From Monocercomonoides exilis PA203 (Eukaryota > Protista > Preaxostyla), in the NCBI GenBank assembly GCA_001643675.2, contig LSRY02000005.1:1178001-1242000 (forward strand): 64,000 nt of DNA. The letters run 5' to 3'. Each line of letters begins with the position of its first letter. The stretch's first letter is position 1. This document shows positions 21,163-35,300 of the stretch, one piece after another. Under the pieces are notes generated by a model, which saw nothing but the letters and a program-made list of their open reading frames with translations, was not told the origin of the DNA and ran no database searches. Position numbers and translations under genes: made by a program.

Positions 21163-22365
21163 TTTCATTTTCATTTGGTCATTGTTATGAAACAGTTTGC
21201 CAATGTTAAAGATAATATGTTTAAAAAAGATTTGCACAAAATTTATGGATTATTATGCATCAATATTTCTCCTCCACAACTCTATAATGCGTTCATCTTC
21301 ATCATTTCTCTGTTATCAAAATCATAATCTTAACTCTTGCTCGAAATATCAGTTTCGCTTGTTGAAAGGATAAAATAATTCAAGATCAGCATAATTGGTA
21401 CTTGTCTGTGCATTTAATAACATTTCCCCCAACAGACTATTAAACCATGAACACACAAAGCTCCCCAATAAAGACTTAAATACAAATCAGTCAGATATTT
21501 TTATATTTGAACGCCTAAAGATGCAATATTTCTTGCATCTCTTTAAAATCTTTTGACAAAAGTGTGTTCCACATTTAAAAAAAAGATCTGATAAATTAAG
21601 TGAATGAGAAACATGCAAAAGTCACTGTGTAATAATGATCTATCTCATTATATTCTTTGATATATCCATTTCTGAATCTTGATGAATTTGGAAATATTCT
21701 CATAAAAAAGTCATCCAATAAGTTTGAATGTTTCTTTGAAAAATATATTCAAATTGATGTTTTCCGATTCTTCATTTGGATCTAATTCAGATTAATTTGC
21801 TCCAAATTTCTTGATCAGAGTTCATCTTTCAATAAATAACTGATCTTCCCCTATTCTTGATATTTTGCAGGAATTATCATAATTGATTGAGTTATTGTTA
21901 TTATTTTTAAGCAAAGTTTCACATTTGAAAAAATCATTAACAATTGTTGTTCTACTGTGATTTCAAAATATTTTGCACTTTTTACAGTTCGCGTCAAAAT
22001 AGAGCAGCGTCGAATAGTTCAACAATAATAACGAATAATGTTCATTGTAATATTTTAACAATGAAGTCATCTTCAAATATTATCAATGTTGCGATGGAAA
22101 TTCATTTTTCAATTTCAGTTTTAATTTCCATTGTCGAATTTATTCCTTCAAAAATAAAATTGAAAGAGAGAGAAACGATTTTTATCTGAGTGCTCATTAT
22201 TTCGATAATTTGAGCTTCTGAGATTGTTGGATGAATGAAGATTTTCTTTCGCATAACTTTATTTCTCAATTATCAGCCTTCGCTTCGATTCCTTTACAGT
22301 GAAATAGAAATTTGACGCTTTTGTTCCTCACTCAACACTTAGATTGTATTTGATTCAATATACAC

Positions 22366-25300
22366 ATGCGAATTCAACCCATTATTGAAAGGTGTTATAC
22401 ATTAGATCTTTCCAATCGAATTGAAAGAAATAGAATGAGCTTCATGAGAAGAGAGTTTTGGCAGACTTCGAAAACAGCATCAGCAAATATTTCAACATGC
22501 AAAACACATGTCAAAGATTTATTAAAATCAATTGCTGAAAGATATTCTTTCAAAGGATCTGTTGTTGCGTTGGTGTTTTCCGAAGAAGGTCAAATATTTT
22601 TGAAAAGGTGGTTTGATGAGTTGTGCTCGCCATCAAGTTTCATGCACATTGCTATCTTTCGAACAATTTGCTTCCAACTTTGCCCCGAAATTCGTGAAAG
22701 TCAAATTAATGCTCTCTTTGGAGAAATTAGTGTGTTTTCAATGCTATCCTTTAATGACATTGTAAACACATGAATTTCTCCATCTTCTTTATTCTCTTTT
22801 TTAGGTTACGGAAACATTGGAACAAAAGCTAAGCACAGAATAGTGAAGTTTCCTGCAATGTTATGCATGTTAAAGATGTGGGCAGCAAAAGAAATAGGAA
22901 TATTGAAGCATTGCTTGTTTGTTTATTTTCCGCATTAAATTTCTCATGTTTTTAATGCTTGTAAAACTCTTTTTTGTGATTGAAATTGTCAATGATTTCA
23001 AATGGATAAATTTGTGCGTCTTTCAACAAATGAAAACAATGAATATAGGTGTATTGCTTCGGATTCCATCATTTATTGCATTGGTAGACTTGAAAATTTT
23101 GATAGCATTTCAAAATTAACTTCGAAAATTGTTGAGAAACATCAAAATGCGAAAATCACTCCATTGATCTTCGCTTTCGAAAATATTGAACTTGTAGCGT
23201 CTTCTTCTATTGACCCACAAACATTTATTTGCGAAAATAGAAGCCCTTCACAAAGTGCGGAAAATGATGATCCTGAAAAGATCTTCATCAAGACACTACA
23301 AACAGCCAAAAGTGGAATCGTTTCAGATAAGTTAGGTCAATCCTCGCATAATTTGCACAAGATTTCAAAATTGCCTCTGGAAGCTTCTTTTGAACAAAAT
23401 AAATGCAAAACTGAATGCAATATTTTCGAAAAAGTTGTATTGAGATTTACTGTTGATTGCAGAACAAAACAAAAAATACAAGATGGAAAGTGTGTGAGAT
23501 TACCATCTCAAGTTGCATTATTCAGGCATTTCACTACGCTTGCAAATCTGCTAATTTGGGATACGGCTTCTGTGATCCAGACTGTAGAACCATTAATACT
23601 CCCTTTGAAACAATTGAGTTTTGGATCTTCTTGTGAAACCTACGATCAAGAGAAATGCGTTAACTCTCTTCTTGAAGGCAGAAAAAATAGAACAAAATTG
23701 AGTATGGGTGTAAGAATTAAAGAACAAAATGATATTTTCAAAACACCGAAGCAAAATGAGCATGTTGGAGGAGATGAAAATTTTTGTTTAAATGATATAG
23801 AATCATCTTCAAGCACATTTAAAGGAGGAGGATATATAACATCAAAGCAGCGATGGAACATTAAATTACCAAAGAAAGACTTAAGTAGTTCAGAACGTAA
23901 ATTGGAGGACTCAACATTAAAAACAAATAATTTCAAAAATTTCGGATTTTCATCGGGAAACGATAAGGTTACAACATCATTTTCTTCACAAAAAGACCAG
24001 CAAGGAAAGTGCATGACAAATGAAAATCTTTCGTGTTTTGAAGAAGGAGAAACAATTTATTTTAAAAATCCAGGACTTGATTGCAGAAAATCAGATGATT
24101 GTTCTGAAGAATGTGAAGAACATCGAATACTATCAAAAAGATGTTTGGATCAAAAAATTACTGTTCCATTTTCTAATGATGGGAAAAAATTATCAAATGA
24201 AGCAAATGCAAATTCGGATCATACGATAAAACGAAATAAATCTCTCATGGACCGTATTAATGAAGTGGGAAAATCTCCATCTCAGCCTTCACTTTGCTCA
24301 ATTTCGTTGAACATCAGAGAAGATCAGTCAGAAAAACGTAAAGACTCAGAGGAAGCTACAACTTACACATTGCCAAGAATATCAATTTCTTCGCCATCGT
24401 CTGATTCATATAAAGAAGAAGTTGGTGATCATCTTGGAGATCTTGAAAGCTATTTACCAAAAAAGAAATCAGATACGAAAATGGACAGTTCATTGTTTGA
24501 ATTAAATTCTCTTGCAGATCGTCAACTTTCTTTGTCAAATACACTTTGTGAAAAAGGCATTTCTTCTTCTGAAACGAAACGGATCAACGAAATCATGATT
24601 AAATATTATTCTCCTTTTTGTTATTCAAACGAAATGACGAGATATTTTTCTTGTTCTCATAAAATGTATTGTCATTACTCATCTGTCATAAGAAAGTGCT
24701 ACTCAATTCTTCTGAAATCCTCCATGTCATCACATATAGATATTTCAATGCTTATTCAATTGGATGAAAAAGATTCTGCAAAAAGAGATGATTCTGTGCA
24801 ATATTTGAGTATGAAAGGCGAAAGTGCTGGAATGGAGTTCAAAGAAATTCATACAGATGATAAGACTTCAGATACAGAGAAGCTTCGATTTTTCAAGGAG
24901 AATCACTCAACAAATTCAAAGAAGGATTTTGATGAAACAGGTTCGTCGCATTCAAATTCCTCTACTCCACGTGCTTTTGAAGAACTTTCATATTTGAGTG
25001 CAAATTCATTTGGAAAAGTTGGTATTGCGAAGCAACCGATATCAAATACAAACAATATTCCAAGCAGATTTTGCTCCTCGAAGGAAGAAGTGGAGAAGCT
25101 TATTTCAATACCAAAGGATTCAATTATACCGAACGAAACTTCTCATAATCATTTCGACAAGCATGAAAATCAAAGTGAAAGACAAGGAAACATCAAAAAG
25201 AAACAAAAGATTCAAACAAGAACCTCAAACAAAAGTTTTGGCAATCAGCAAGAGAAGAAGTTGTTGTCAAGTCATCGTTTGAATTCATTATCAGATTCAT

Positions 25301-27609
25301 CACTGCCAAAATTTTCTCCAGTCTCAGATTCTTCTTTGCAAAAGGAAGCAGGCCTTTCTTCGAACAAATCATTCTCACATCCTATCAATTCATCAAGACC
25401 TCAAGTCCTTGCATCAATTTCGCATGACCCCTTACACCAATCACAATTCACATCTTTATGTACACCTGATAAATCATCCGGTTCGTTTCATAACAGCAAT
25501 TCTGAGAAGACAACTGAGCCCACTGAAAATTTCAACGATAAACTGATTTCGAACATCTCTGAGATTAGATTGAGACCTTTTATTCCGTCTTGTCGCAAAA
25601 TGGAGGATGAAGAAAAATCTTCATGCACACTTGATATTCCTGCGTTGACTGACAGAACTGCACCAATTGTTGCACAGAATAAATTGGTTACGGAACATAA
25701 TTCAGATACACGGAAATACTCAACATTTGATGAGAAAGAATCTTCAGATCATTCTGATAGAAAGTTAAAAGATGATATCATGCCTTCTTCTTTTTTGAAG
25801 TTAATTAATTCTCCTAAAAATGAAACTTACAAGCGAAAATCACTGTCTCCTCCACAAGCATCGTTGGATTCATCTCTATCAGAGTCTTCCTCTTCTTCCT
25901 CTTCTCCGTCTTATGCTTCTTTGTCTTCAACCTCCACTTCAACAGTTCCATCAAGCTCTTTATCATCTCCTTCTTCCTCATCTTTGACTCCAATTTCCTT
26001 CTCCTCTTCGAACACGTCTTGCATTTCTCATCATTGTCACCACCGCCATCGAAACCGTTGCAATTACTATCACCGTAAAAAACACTATCATCTTCATCTT
26101 CATCATAGTCATTCAAAACGGAAGCACAAACATGAACATGCAGACCACTCATTGAGAAGCCATAATTTGATCCACCAAATCAAAACTTCATCATATCCAT
26201 CAACAACTTTTCGAACTCCGCACGTTTCCAAAAGGCTAATAAGTCATGACAAGAATGAAAAGCGATTCAAAACTTTGAATGATTCACAGATTTCTGAAAA
26301 AGAAGAAAGTTCTGAGAATACCACTCAGAAGATAAGCTCTGAGATTGTGAATGTTCCACCAGCAGGAGGATCAAATGCTTTTCAAATTGAATCACATGGA
26401 TGCTTTAAGAGTGCTATGCAATCATCGCATTTGAATATGCAATCACCTACTTTGAGTGGAGGAACGCGAATGATTCGCTCGGCTTCATTTGATGCAAGTT
26501 CAAAAACGATTTCACACTCACAACGTGATTATTGCTTGCCTCTTGATCATTCCCCATATGTTCGGAATTCTCAAACTCAGTTTCAATTGCATCCGTTATT
26601 GTCTTCTTCACATTTTTCTTCTTCATCTTTTTTGCCTTCAACTTCGACTCTATCTTCACCATTATCGACTGTAAATGTCCCCATTAATGCACAGCTTAAT
26701 CATTCTCCTTTGCCTCCTCTTCCTCCTCCTTCGCGACAAAGAACTTTTAGCCTTTCATCACCATCAAACAAGCAGCTTCTACAACTCTCGCAAAAGCATT
26801 TTGAAAACCAGAGGGATTCAGTGACTTCTCTGCCGAATATGCTTTCCATCGACTCATTTGTATCTCATCCAAATTCGTATGGATTCCAATCCAATTGCAA
26901 TAGCAGTAGTATTTCAATCATTCCACAGCATTCATCTCCTGAAACATCAAGCTCCGTGGACCATTGCTCCTTCAAATCGCAATTGAATATATTACCTTCT
27001 TCAAACACCTCGTCAGTCTTTGAGCAAATGGATGCAGAAAAATGTTCTTCAGATGCTTCTTTTGAAGAATTTCAACACAAGGACAATCTTTGTTCCAATT
27101 CTGCTCTTAAGATACCAAACAATGAAAGTGAAGATTGCCCTATTTCTGAGTTTGGTCAAAATCAAACAAGTTTACAGCGTTCAAAAAAGAATGAAATGAA
27201 AAAGCCACAAACTGGCATTCAAAATTTCAGTTTTGAATTTCCATCCTTGGATTCGAAGTTGCCTCCATCGTCTTCTGATTTTAAAGCAACCTCGTTTCCG
27301 TTAACAGCAATGCATCCTTTTCAAATGAAGAAAACTCATATGATTTTTAAATCACCATATTCTGAAAGTGCTTCAACTATTTATCCTTCCTACGAAGAAA
27401 CCGATGCAGTAGGATCTTCAGATTATTCAATTTTGAAAGATGACAAAAAAAGTTTTCTCGAAGAAAAGAAAAGAAGTGATTCCAGCGTGGAATTGACTTC
27501 TCCATATACACCAATTCTAACTCAAAAAAAACCACATGAACCAACTGCAATTGAAGATCAAATATCTGGTGACTTATTTGATTTGACTCAAGATGAGGGT
27601 AGCTTTTAA
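22366..27609 (+). CDS. Hypothetical Ser-rich protein with His-rich tract; possible degenerate EF-hand-like N-terminus
   Basis: Long ORF 23002-27609 (1535 aa). Upstream exons can be joined in frame via GT-AG introns 22730-22804 and 22917-23048. C-terminal two thirds are low complexity. Confidence 0.6.
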
Positions 27610-28041
27610 CAAATGGGTCTTTGGTAGTCCAACTTTGTATCGCTAATTATGTTTTTTATCATCTCTGGCTTCTCTTTGATGTGCTGTTTAGAGTCAAAAC
27701 TATCTGCACTTGATTCTTCACAATTCTGGGTTTAAATTGCGAAATTTTCAGTTTTGATGTTAAAATGTTATGATTTTTTATTCGTATATTGTGCTTCTTC
27801 AAAGTTTCATCGTTTAAACTTTTTATAATTTTTTTTTTTCATCTTTTAATTATCTATTTTCAAGATTAACTGAGTTCAAATTGTTCAAGAGTTTTTCGGT
27901 TTGGTTATGTATTATTTATTTGTGTTAAGGAATATAATATTCCTGGGATCCGGTAGTTTTCTGTTGGTTTAATTTTATTTCATGAATGGATATAAATTGT
28001 TATTTTTGTACATGCATTGATTTCTTTTCAGATAGTATTTA

Positions 28042-29506
28042 TAGTCATGGACAAAACCCGGGATAGGGACAAAACCCAGGAATGTCCAATCAATTGAGGA
28101 GTTTTTCAACAATTAACTCCACTTCCTGATTTCTTTTATTATGAATCAACAGAAATTAATATTTATTTGAAGAAAACGTTCATGCAATGTTTTTAAATAA
28201 TTTCTTCTTGATTGAAGCATGAAACGAGCATTCAAAATCATGACAGAAAAATAACATTCACTGATGTGAGACTGTATCAAAATAATCAAATAAACTGAAC
28301 AAAATCCAAAAGATAAATAACAAAACAAAATTGAATGAAAAGGAGAGTCACTATAAGCAGAAATAAAATTGTTTTCCCCACTTTGTTTCAGAAACGAGTC
28401 TTCGTTGATGATGGTCAATTCAACATTATCTCTCAACAGTTCTTTTTTGTTATCAACGCTTCCTTTGATAATTATTTTCTATACTAAGAAATCAAAAAGA
28501 AATTGGATCTTTGAAGACAGAATTGAAAGGACGTTGAATCTCTTTATTGATTAAGGAGAAATCAGCAAACATTCCAAATAAAAGATGCATTTGGATAGAG
28601 TTGTTACGAATGAAACATTGGATTTTCTTTATCTTGTCGATCGATTTCGTAATTATCATCAGATTTTCACCAATATATTCCAGTTTCATGAAAATTCAAC
28701 ATCAGATCAGAACTGTTTTTTTTTCTGTTATCATTTCATTTTACAACAAAAAAGCGATGACGAAATGGTTGCAGAAGAGGATGCCAGTAACCCTTTTATG
28801 TTTATTGATTTAGGTTTTGACATTTGAAAAACATTGCTTCTTACAATGAATCGTCTAGCCCATCTTTCATAAGTCTCTTGATTTCACTGTTGTTATCCTT
28901 GTTTCTGGTTTTTCTTTGCATGATGTGTTTAGCCTGAAAATACAGCATCAAATAAGTTTAAACTAATATTTTAATATAAACCAAACTAAATTAATAATAT
29001 CTTTCAATGATTATTATTCTGTGAAAAGGAAAAAAGATTTGGAACAGTCTTGTATTTCTTCTTTTTCCTCAATATTGAATTTGTATGGCTTTTCATTATG
29101 CTGTGGATCTCTTTCCTTCTTCAATGAAGAGATATGTCGATATAGTGCAGAAGATTGAAGCAAAACAGAAAAAATAATTCTTCTGTGTGAGATATCTTTT
29201 CTTTAAAGAAGAAAATTTGAAATTTAAATTTTTGATTTTCATCGACGAAAGTCTAAAGTTGCAAAAACTTATGAAAGTTCCGATAAAGAAGTTAAAGAAA
29301 ACACAATGACTTTGTGATCCATTCATTTTTTTGAATAAATTCTGAAATTTCATATTTTCAAAAAATGATAGCATCGAAAATTTGAAGAGAAATAGGAAAA
29401 TGATAGCTATTTTCAATAACAATTTCATCCGCTCATTATTTCTTTTTTGAGTTTTTCAATAGACATTCCCGGGTTTTGTCCCTTTCCCTTGTTTTGTCCA
29501 TGACTA
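28042..29506 (-). mobile_element. Decayed pogo-like (Tc1/mariner superfamily) DNA transposon
   Basis: Imperfect ~45-bp TIRs (TAGTCATGGACAAAAC...GGGACAAAACCC.GGAATGTC) flanked by TA on both sides. Minus-strand remnants WARRF (28848-28862) and LNFHETGIYW (28670-28699, cf. pogo IxNxDETGLxW), interrupted by stops. Confidence 0.85.
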
Positions 29507-30163
29507 TAAATGCATTTATCTATTTATATTTATATTTATTTGAATATTCTATCATTTGTTTCTATTTTTGAGTTCTCATTTCCACTGCTTTTTCATATGA
29601 AATCAAATGAATTTCTTTTTCTAGATTGCTATATTTTATAAGTTACAAACTGTTAGCTTATTAATGTGAAATTTTTTAAAAGGAAATAGTTTTTCATTCT
29701 TCATTAATGAATTCTTCAGAGATATTGAAATGTATTCCTTTTTTTCATCAACTATCAATTAATAACTAAAAGAAAAGCTATTTCTTTTTTTTCTTAATTT
29801 CAAAATAGATTATTTGAAAAAGAACCATTTATCATTCATAGAATTTGCTTGAAAAGATTGTTAAAGAAAAGAAACAATGAAGGAACAATAAGATAAATAT
29901 TTTTCTGAGAACCTTTGATACAAATGGATAATTATTTTTGAAATCTTCGTTTTTTCAGGATATTGATAAAAAAATAGATTTATTATTATTCCAAGGAAAT
30001 TATCTTTCAAATATTTAAGCCATGACAATGTGGAAAAAAGCCAATATAATAGAAAAATTCACTACAAAATTATCTATTAATTCTGTTTTTCTTTTCGATG
30101 TTCTTGTATAAAAATCCATGTCAAATTATCAAAACATTATTTATTATTGAATAAATATGATTA

Positions 30164-30567
30164 TTGTTAGTGTTAATAATTGTGGATACTTTCAATAACT
30201 GTGGACAGTGGCATATACTCAACAATTGTTGACAGTTGCTTTTTGACAATTGACCTAATTATTTCCTCATAAATACAAACTTATCAGTCATACAAAAATG
30301 ATACAACTTGCTCTGCAGAATTGAAAAAAATATATTTTTTATTAGAGGGAAAAATCAAAGATACTTTTTCTTGGGGTTTCTCCGAAAAGAAAATATAATT
30401 TGTATAATATTTCACTGCATTGGATAAGTTATTAAAACAATTCATATTAATTTGTATTCAATAAGGTTGTGGTTGGGTTTATTATCAAAATGCAACTATC
30501 AATGGTCTTTTAGATAATGCTGTTGTTTACAGTTATTGAAAGTGTCCACCATTATTAACACTAACTA
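30164..30567. mobile_element. MITE (~400 bp) with ~85-bp imperfect TIRs and TA flanks
   Basis: GTTAGTGTTAATAAT.GTGGA.ACTTTCAATAACTGT at 30166 matches the reverse complement of about 30528-30565, and similarity extends to TTGA.AGTTGC.TTTTGA.AAT. No coding capacity. Confidence 0.8.
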
Positions 30568-31892
30568 TATTATTATCATCACTTATTCTGAAAAGAATGA
30601 TGAAGAGGTTCTGTTTCAAAAAATATTATTTATATGAGATATGGCGGTAAATATGGAACTTTGAGCTTTTTCATTGAAAAATTATGCACTTTTAATTGAA
30701 TTTTTGTGATCAAAAAATTGGAGAAAATCGGTTCATTTTTTGAAACACGAACGAAAGTTCAAAACAGAATGTTGTGGCATAAATGATACCTGTTTATGGA
30801 TATGAGAATCGTATTTATTTTGAAATCTGAGAGAGTTTTGAAAAGTTATGAGTGAAAGAATTATTTTGTCCTTTGTGCAAAAAAAGCGTGAAAGTTCATG
30901 TTTTCCCCATATTTCTATGAAAAATTTCGAAATATGCTCATTTCTTATGGATTTACGTTCTTCACGAGTCAGACAAGACGAGAGGCAGAAATATTTAGAA
31001 AACAATAAATGAATTAAATTTTGTTAAATCGCTTTTGTTGAATTCAATCATAACAGGAAATAATCACGAAGAAATTAATTGCATGAGTTTTCTATCACAC
31101 GTTTGTGTGCAAAAACATTTCCCCCTTTGTCTCATTCATTTTTCATCGCAAAAAATTACAGCATTATATATATAATAACGTTTATGAAAATTATTTGGGT
31201 GATTTTTTCAGTGAAAAATAGATATTTTTTTCAAAATCTTCGAAAATTCTAATTTTCAAATATTAATTTTTAATAAGTCTGAAATGCATTATCAAACTTC
31301 GAAAATTGTTGTCTGTTTTGAAAAATATGTTTTTGTGAAGAATTTCCGAAAATAAAGAAATTGACCCAAATATTATATAACAGTCATAAATTATTAATTA
31401 TTTTTAATCATTTTATTCGAAAAGAGAAATTATCAAAAATCACAATCGGTTATTGTTTCAAAAAGTTGCACATAACCCAATGTGATCATATCCGGTTTCA
31501 GTTCTTCACGACATTTCGATTTCATTTTATCGTGAATTTATATCCAAGCTTATCCAGCTAATTCTTCAAACTGTACTAGTCCCACTTGCAGCTCAAATTT
31601 TGATTGAAAAAGAATGGGAGCAACAAGTCAACACCATCATGTTATGTTTTCCACAAAAAGAGTATTATGTCACATAAAAAAATAACTCTCATATACGAAA
31701 AATCAGGAATAACTAATAAACACCAAAAAATTAATATTGAAAACTTGAAAAAGATTTGGAGAAGAAAAAATTCGAGAGAAGTAAAAATATTATTGATGAA
31801 CATTCTGAAAACAAAATCTTTTCTCATAATAAAAGCCCAAGAAAAAAGGTTTCTTTTATTTCACATATTTTATGAAGATGTTGATGATAATA

Positions 31893-31942
31893 AACACACA
31901 CACACACACACACACGCACAAAAAAAAAAAAAAAAAAAAAAT
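31893..31942 (+). repeat. (CA)n microsatellite followed by poly-A run
   Basis: acacacac...gcac followed by about 22 A. Confidence 0.85.
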
Positions 31943-32039
31943 TGAAAAGATAGAGAGCTTATTGTTAATGTTTAATTAATCATTTTTGTTTTTCATTTAC
32001 AAATACACAATTATTTTTTTTGAAAAACTTTACAAAAAT

Positions 32040-32296
32040 GGGTGATTATTTTTGAAATCATATTTTTCATTCATAATTTTCGGTTCAAAAATTTAACTTG
32101 AATATCAAAAAAATATTTTTTGAAAAGTTAAAAGGCTTATTGAAAACACTTTATTCTTTGATACAGTTAAAACACTTGATTTTAAAAACAATTATCATGC
32201 TTCTTTTCTTTTGAAATAAAAATATCTTTCGAAAAACCATCAATCTTAGAAAAATCAAAACCCCGAAAAAAGATATGATTTCTAAAATAATCACCC
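32040..32296. mobile_element. Small MITE-like element with GGGTGATT termini
   Basis: GGGTGATTATTTTTGAAATCATAT matches the reverse complement of 32273-32296 with 1 mismatch in 24. AAAT directly flanks both ends. Confidence 0.55.
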
Positions 32297-32364
32297 AAAT
32301 ATTTATCATAGATTGGGTTAATAAATCATCCGAACTATAGAACATTTAAGTTTGTAACAAACAA

Positions 32365-35300
32365 TAGATGAATTGCACAATTTTTGTGTAATTTTGAAAT
32401 TATTGAAAAATTTTGAAATTTGCATATGTTATTTGAAAATAATCTAGTAATTTTGAAATTTCTCAGAAAAATTGAAAATAAGACTGTTATTTTAAGTTTC
32501 ACCAACAAATTTCAAGTTTAATAAAGATTGTGGGAAGATCTGAATTTTTCCCGAAAATATTTCAGAAATCAAAAATTGCTGTTAATTTATCACAATTATT
32601 TTTTAAATATCAAATGAATAATTTTCAGAACATTTAACAACAAATAATACGAAATATATCATTTTTCGTATTTTTGTGATAATTGTTAAGAAAAAATATA
32701 TTATTTTGCGTTTTATACGATTATTGAAATGTTTCTATGAACAATAAATGATCGTCATTATTCAAAACATTTCAAAATTTCAATATAAAATGGTTAAAAA
32801 TTACTGATTCGCAAAAATCTCCAGAATACATCAAATATGAAAGAAGAGAGCAAATTAAAACTCAAAAACATTTCAAATATTGATGTTTTGCGCAATAATG
32901 AATATTTCAAGGAGAATAAAAATGTTAACGTTGAAGAAAAAATGTCAAAAAAGGAAAGAAAAAATAAAGTTTCATTTTGATAATAAATCAGCATTATGTT
33001 TAGCTGATGGGATTGACAAAATCTTCCAAAGATTTATGCAAATTTCGTTGCTTCTTTCTCTTCCTCTTCCTCTTCTTCTTCTTCTTCAGTACGTTCCTCT
33101 TCTCTCATGCGCTCAAACGTTCCCAGAGACAGCATTTGCATGGGCATAGGCGTTTTTTCAATGATGAGAAAATTGGAAGAACATCAGCTTGATAACAAAA
33201 TCTTCTTAGTATCTTTTCAATGAGGCAGTTGTCAGTTCAACTTATGTCAACTCTGCCTCAAGAAAAGAAGTCACCACAGACCAGTTCCTCTTTTCTCTCT
33301 TCTTTCAAGCCGTCAAAAATTTCATTTCCACTTCTCAATCATTTGCCAAATTTCTTCTTCTGCTGCATCATCAATTCCTTGATCTCATTTTCGGCTTTTA
33401 ACAAAATTCGTCGTATATGTCTTCCAAAACCTTCAAAAAAGAAAGAAAAATATCTTCTCATTTCATTTATATTTCTTTAAAATATCTGCTTCTTCCCAAT
33501 TTTTTTTTGCCAGATATCTTCTTCGGCCTTATCATCAACTTTTGTTTCCCTCTTTTTGCTTTTAACAAGATTCGCCTGATACGCCTTCTAAAGCCTTCAA
33601 AATAATTATCTTCGTTTCCTTTCCTTTCATTTATATTTCACGCTCCCTCACTCCTCCATGCGCCCCTTCAATTGCTGTTTTCTGGCTTCTTTAATGCATT
33701 TTACATCCTCTCTTTCCATATTCTATAGGCATATATTCGCAGTAAATATACCTGCAAAACAATCTAATTCCATAAAAAAATAATACATGAAAAAGAACAT
33801 TGAAAAAAGTGGCAAACCGATATCTTTCATGATGATCATTCTTCTCAAACTTTCTTCTCCTCCTCCAAATATCGTTCCTTTCGACCACAAAACCCATCTA
33901 TCTCGTCTTCGTTTCCTTTCTGCTTCCTCAAAAAAAATCAGCCAAGACCCAATCCTGTATTCTGCTTCCACTCAAATAACTCATCCATCTCCATTCTATA
34001 AAAAAAAACCAGCAATGAAGAAGATTCCATCAGAAGAGCCCCTTTCCATCCCTACTCGCTGCATCACATTTTTCTTCTCCACATTTCACCCGAAACAACA
34101 TCAACGCCCCTACACCACAAAACCTTCACTTCCTGCATCTCCTTCTCCAAATATCCTTTTCCCAATCAAAAATATAAATGCCTCCAATATTTTGCCTCTC
34201 TTTGGTGCAAGACACCCTCTCGTGGTCAGCCCCTCATCTCCCTCCATCCCTGTCGCGAATCCGTCCCCACACCCCCAATGCAAAGTGTTGCACCTGATGT
34301 TCCTTCTTCCTGTCTTCCTCCGCCTCTTCTTCTATCCCTTGCCCTGCAAATGCAAGGCGCGACCAAATTGTCCATTCAATAAAAATTTTAAATATTTATA
34401 AAAAATCTCTCTCACTTTTTTTACTTTCAACCCCACTTCTCTTTCTTATCAAACAAAAATCCACGAAAACTTTTCCTCCTTGCTCTCCCTCATGCGAACC
34501 CTCCTCAATATCCCTGCATTTGAAAAAAAAATAATCCCTTTTCCATATCACTCCATTTCCAGTCTAACTCTTGTCCTTCCCTCCAAAGATAATATATTCC
34601 ACTCACTCCATCCATCTTCTTCCCTTCCGTTCCCTCCTCATCCCACCTTCAACACAACAATTTCCTTTTCTCAAATAATAAACACAATTCCCACACCTTC
34701 CAACTCACAAAAATCGAAAAAACAACTCCACAAAAGTTCATCCCAATCCATCTCCTACGCATCCATTTTGCCTCTAAAATCTCACTAAAATACTTCTTTT
34801 CCACAAAAAACATTCTTTTATCGCTCCTTTCCCCTTCATAACCCTGCCTCCTCCAAAAACTCAACTCCATCACCCCATACCATAAATCCATCCTTTTGTT
34901 ATCGCATTGTTTTCATATGCCCGTTCAGCCACAATGCATCGAGTAGGACTTTCTTTTCTTTTGTGGCTCTAATTCGTTATGGAAAATGATCAAGAAATGT
35001 CAAATGCTCAGAAACTGTCAACGAAGTGAGACTGTGAGGTTTTAACAAAGGCAGATTGACTAAGTGAAATATTTCCAGTGAAAAGGTTGGGCATTACAAA
35101 AGCGATATTTGTTCGATGGAAGATGAAATTGTTCATTTTCATTGATGGATGGCTGTGGAGCATCAATATTTTCAATAGAAATGAAGAATTTTTGACGTAT
35201 GCATTTTTTTATTATTCAATTGATTGTTATGATGTTTCCATCCGTATCCCCCCCAAAGTCGTGATTCAGACAAATTATTTAAAATGGACAATTTCTTCTT

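Noticed and set aside
21200-22330. Possible minus-strand gene
   Set aside because: All frames I translated were interrupted by stops, with no consistent splice model.
31893-31942. Retroposon tail suggested by (CA)n plus poly-A
   Set aside because: No TSD or upstream element body visible; similar homopolymers are common here.
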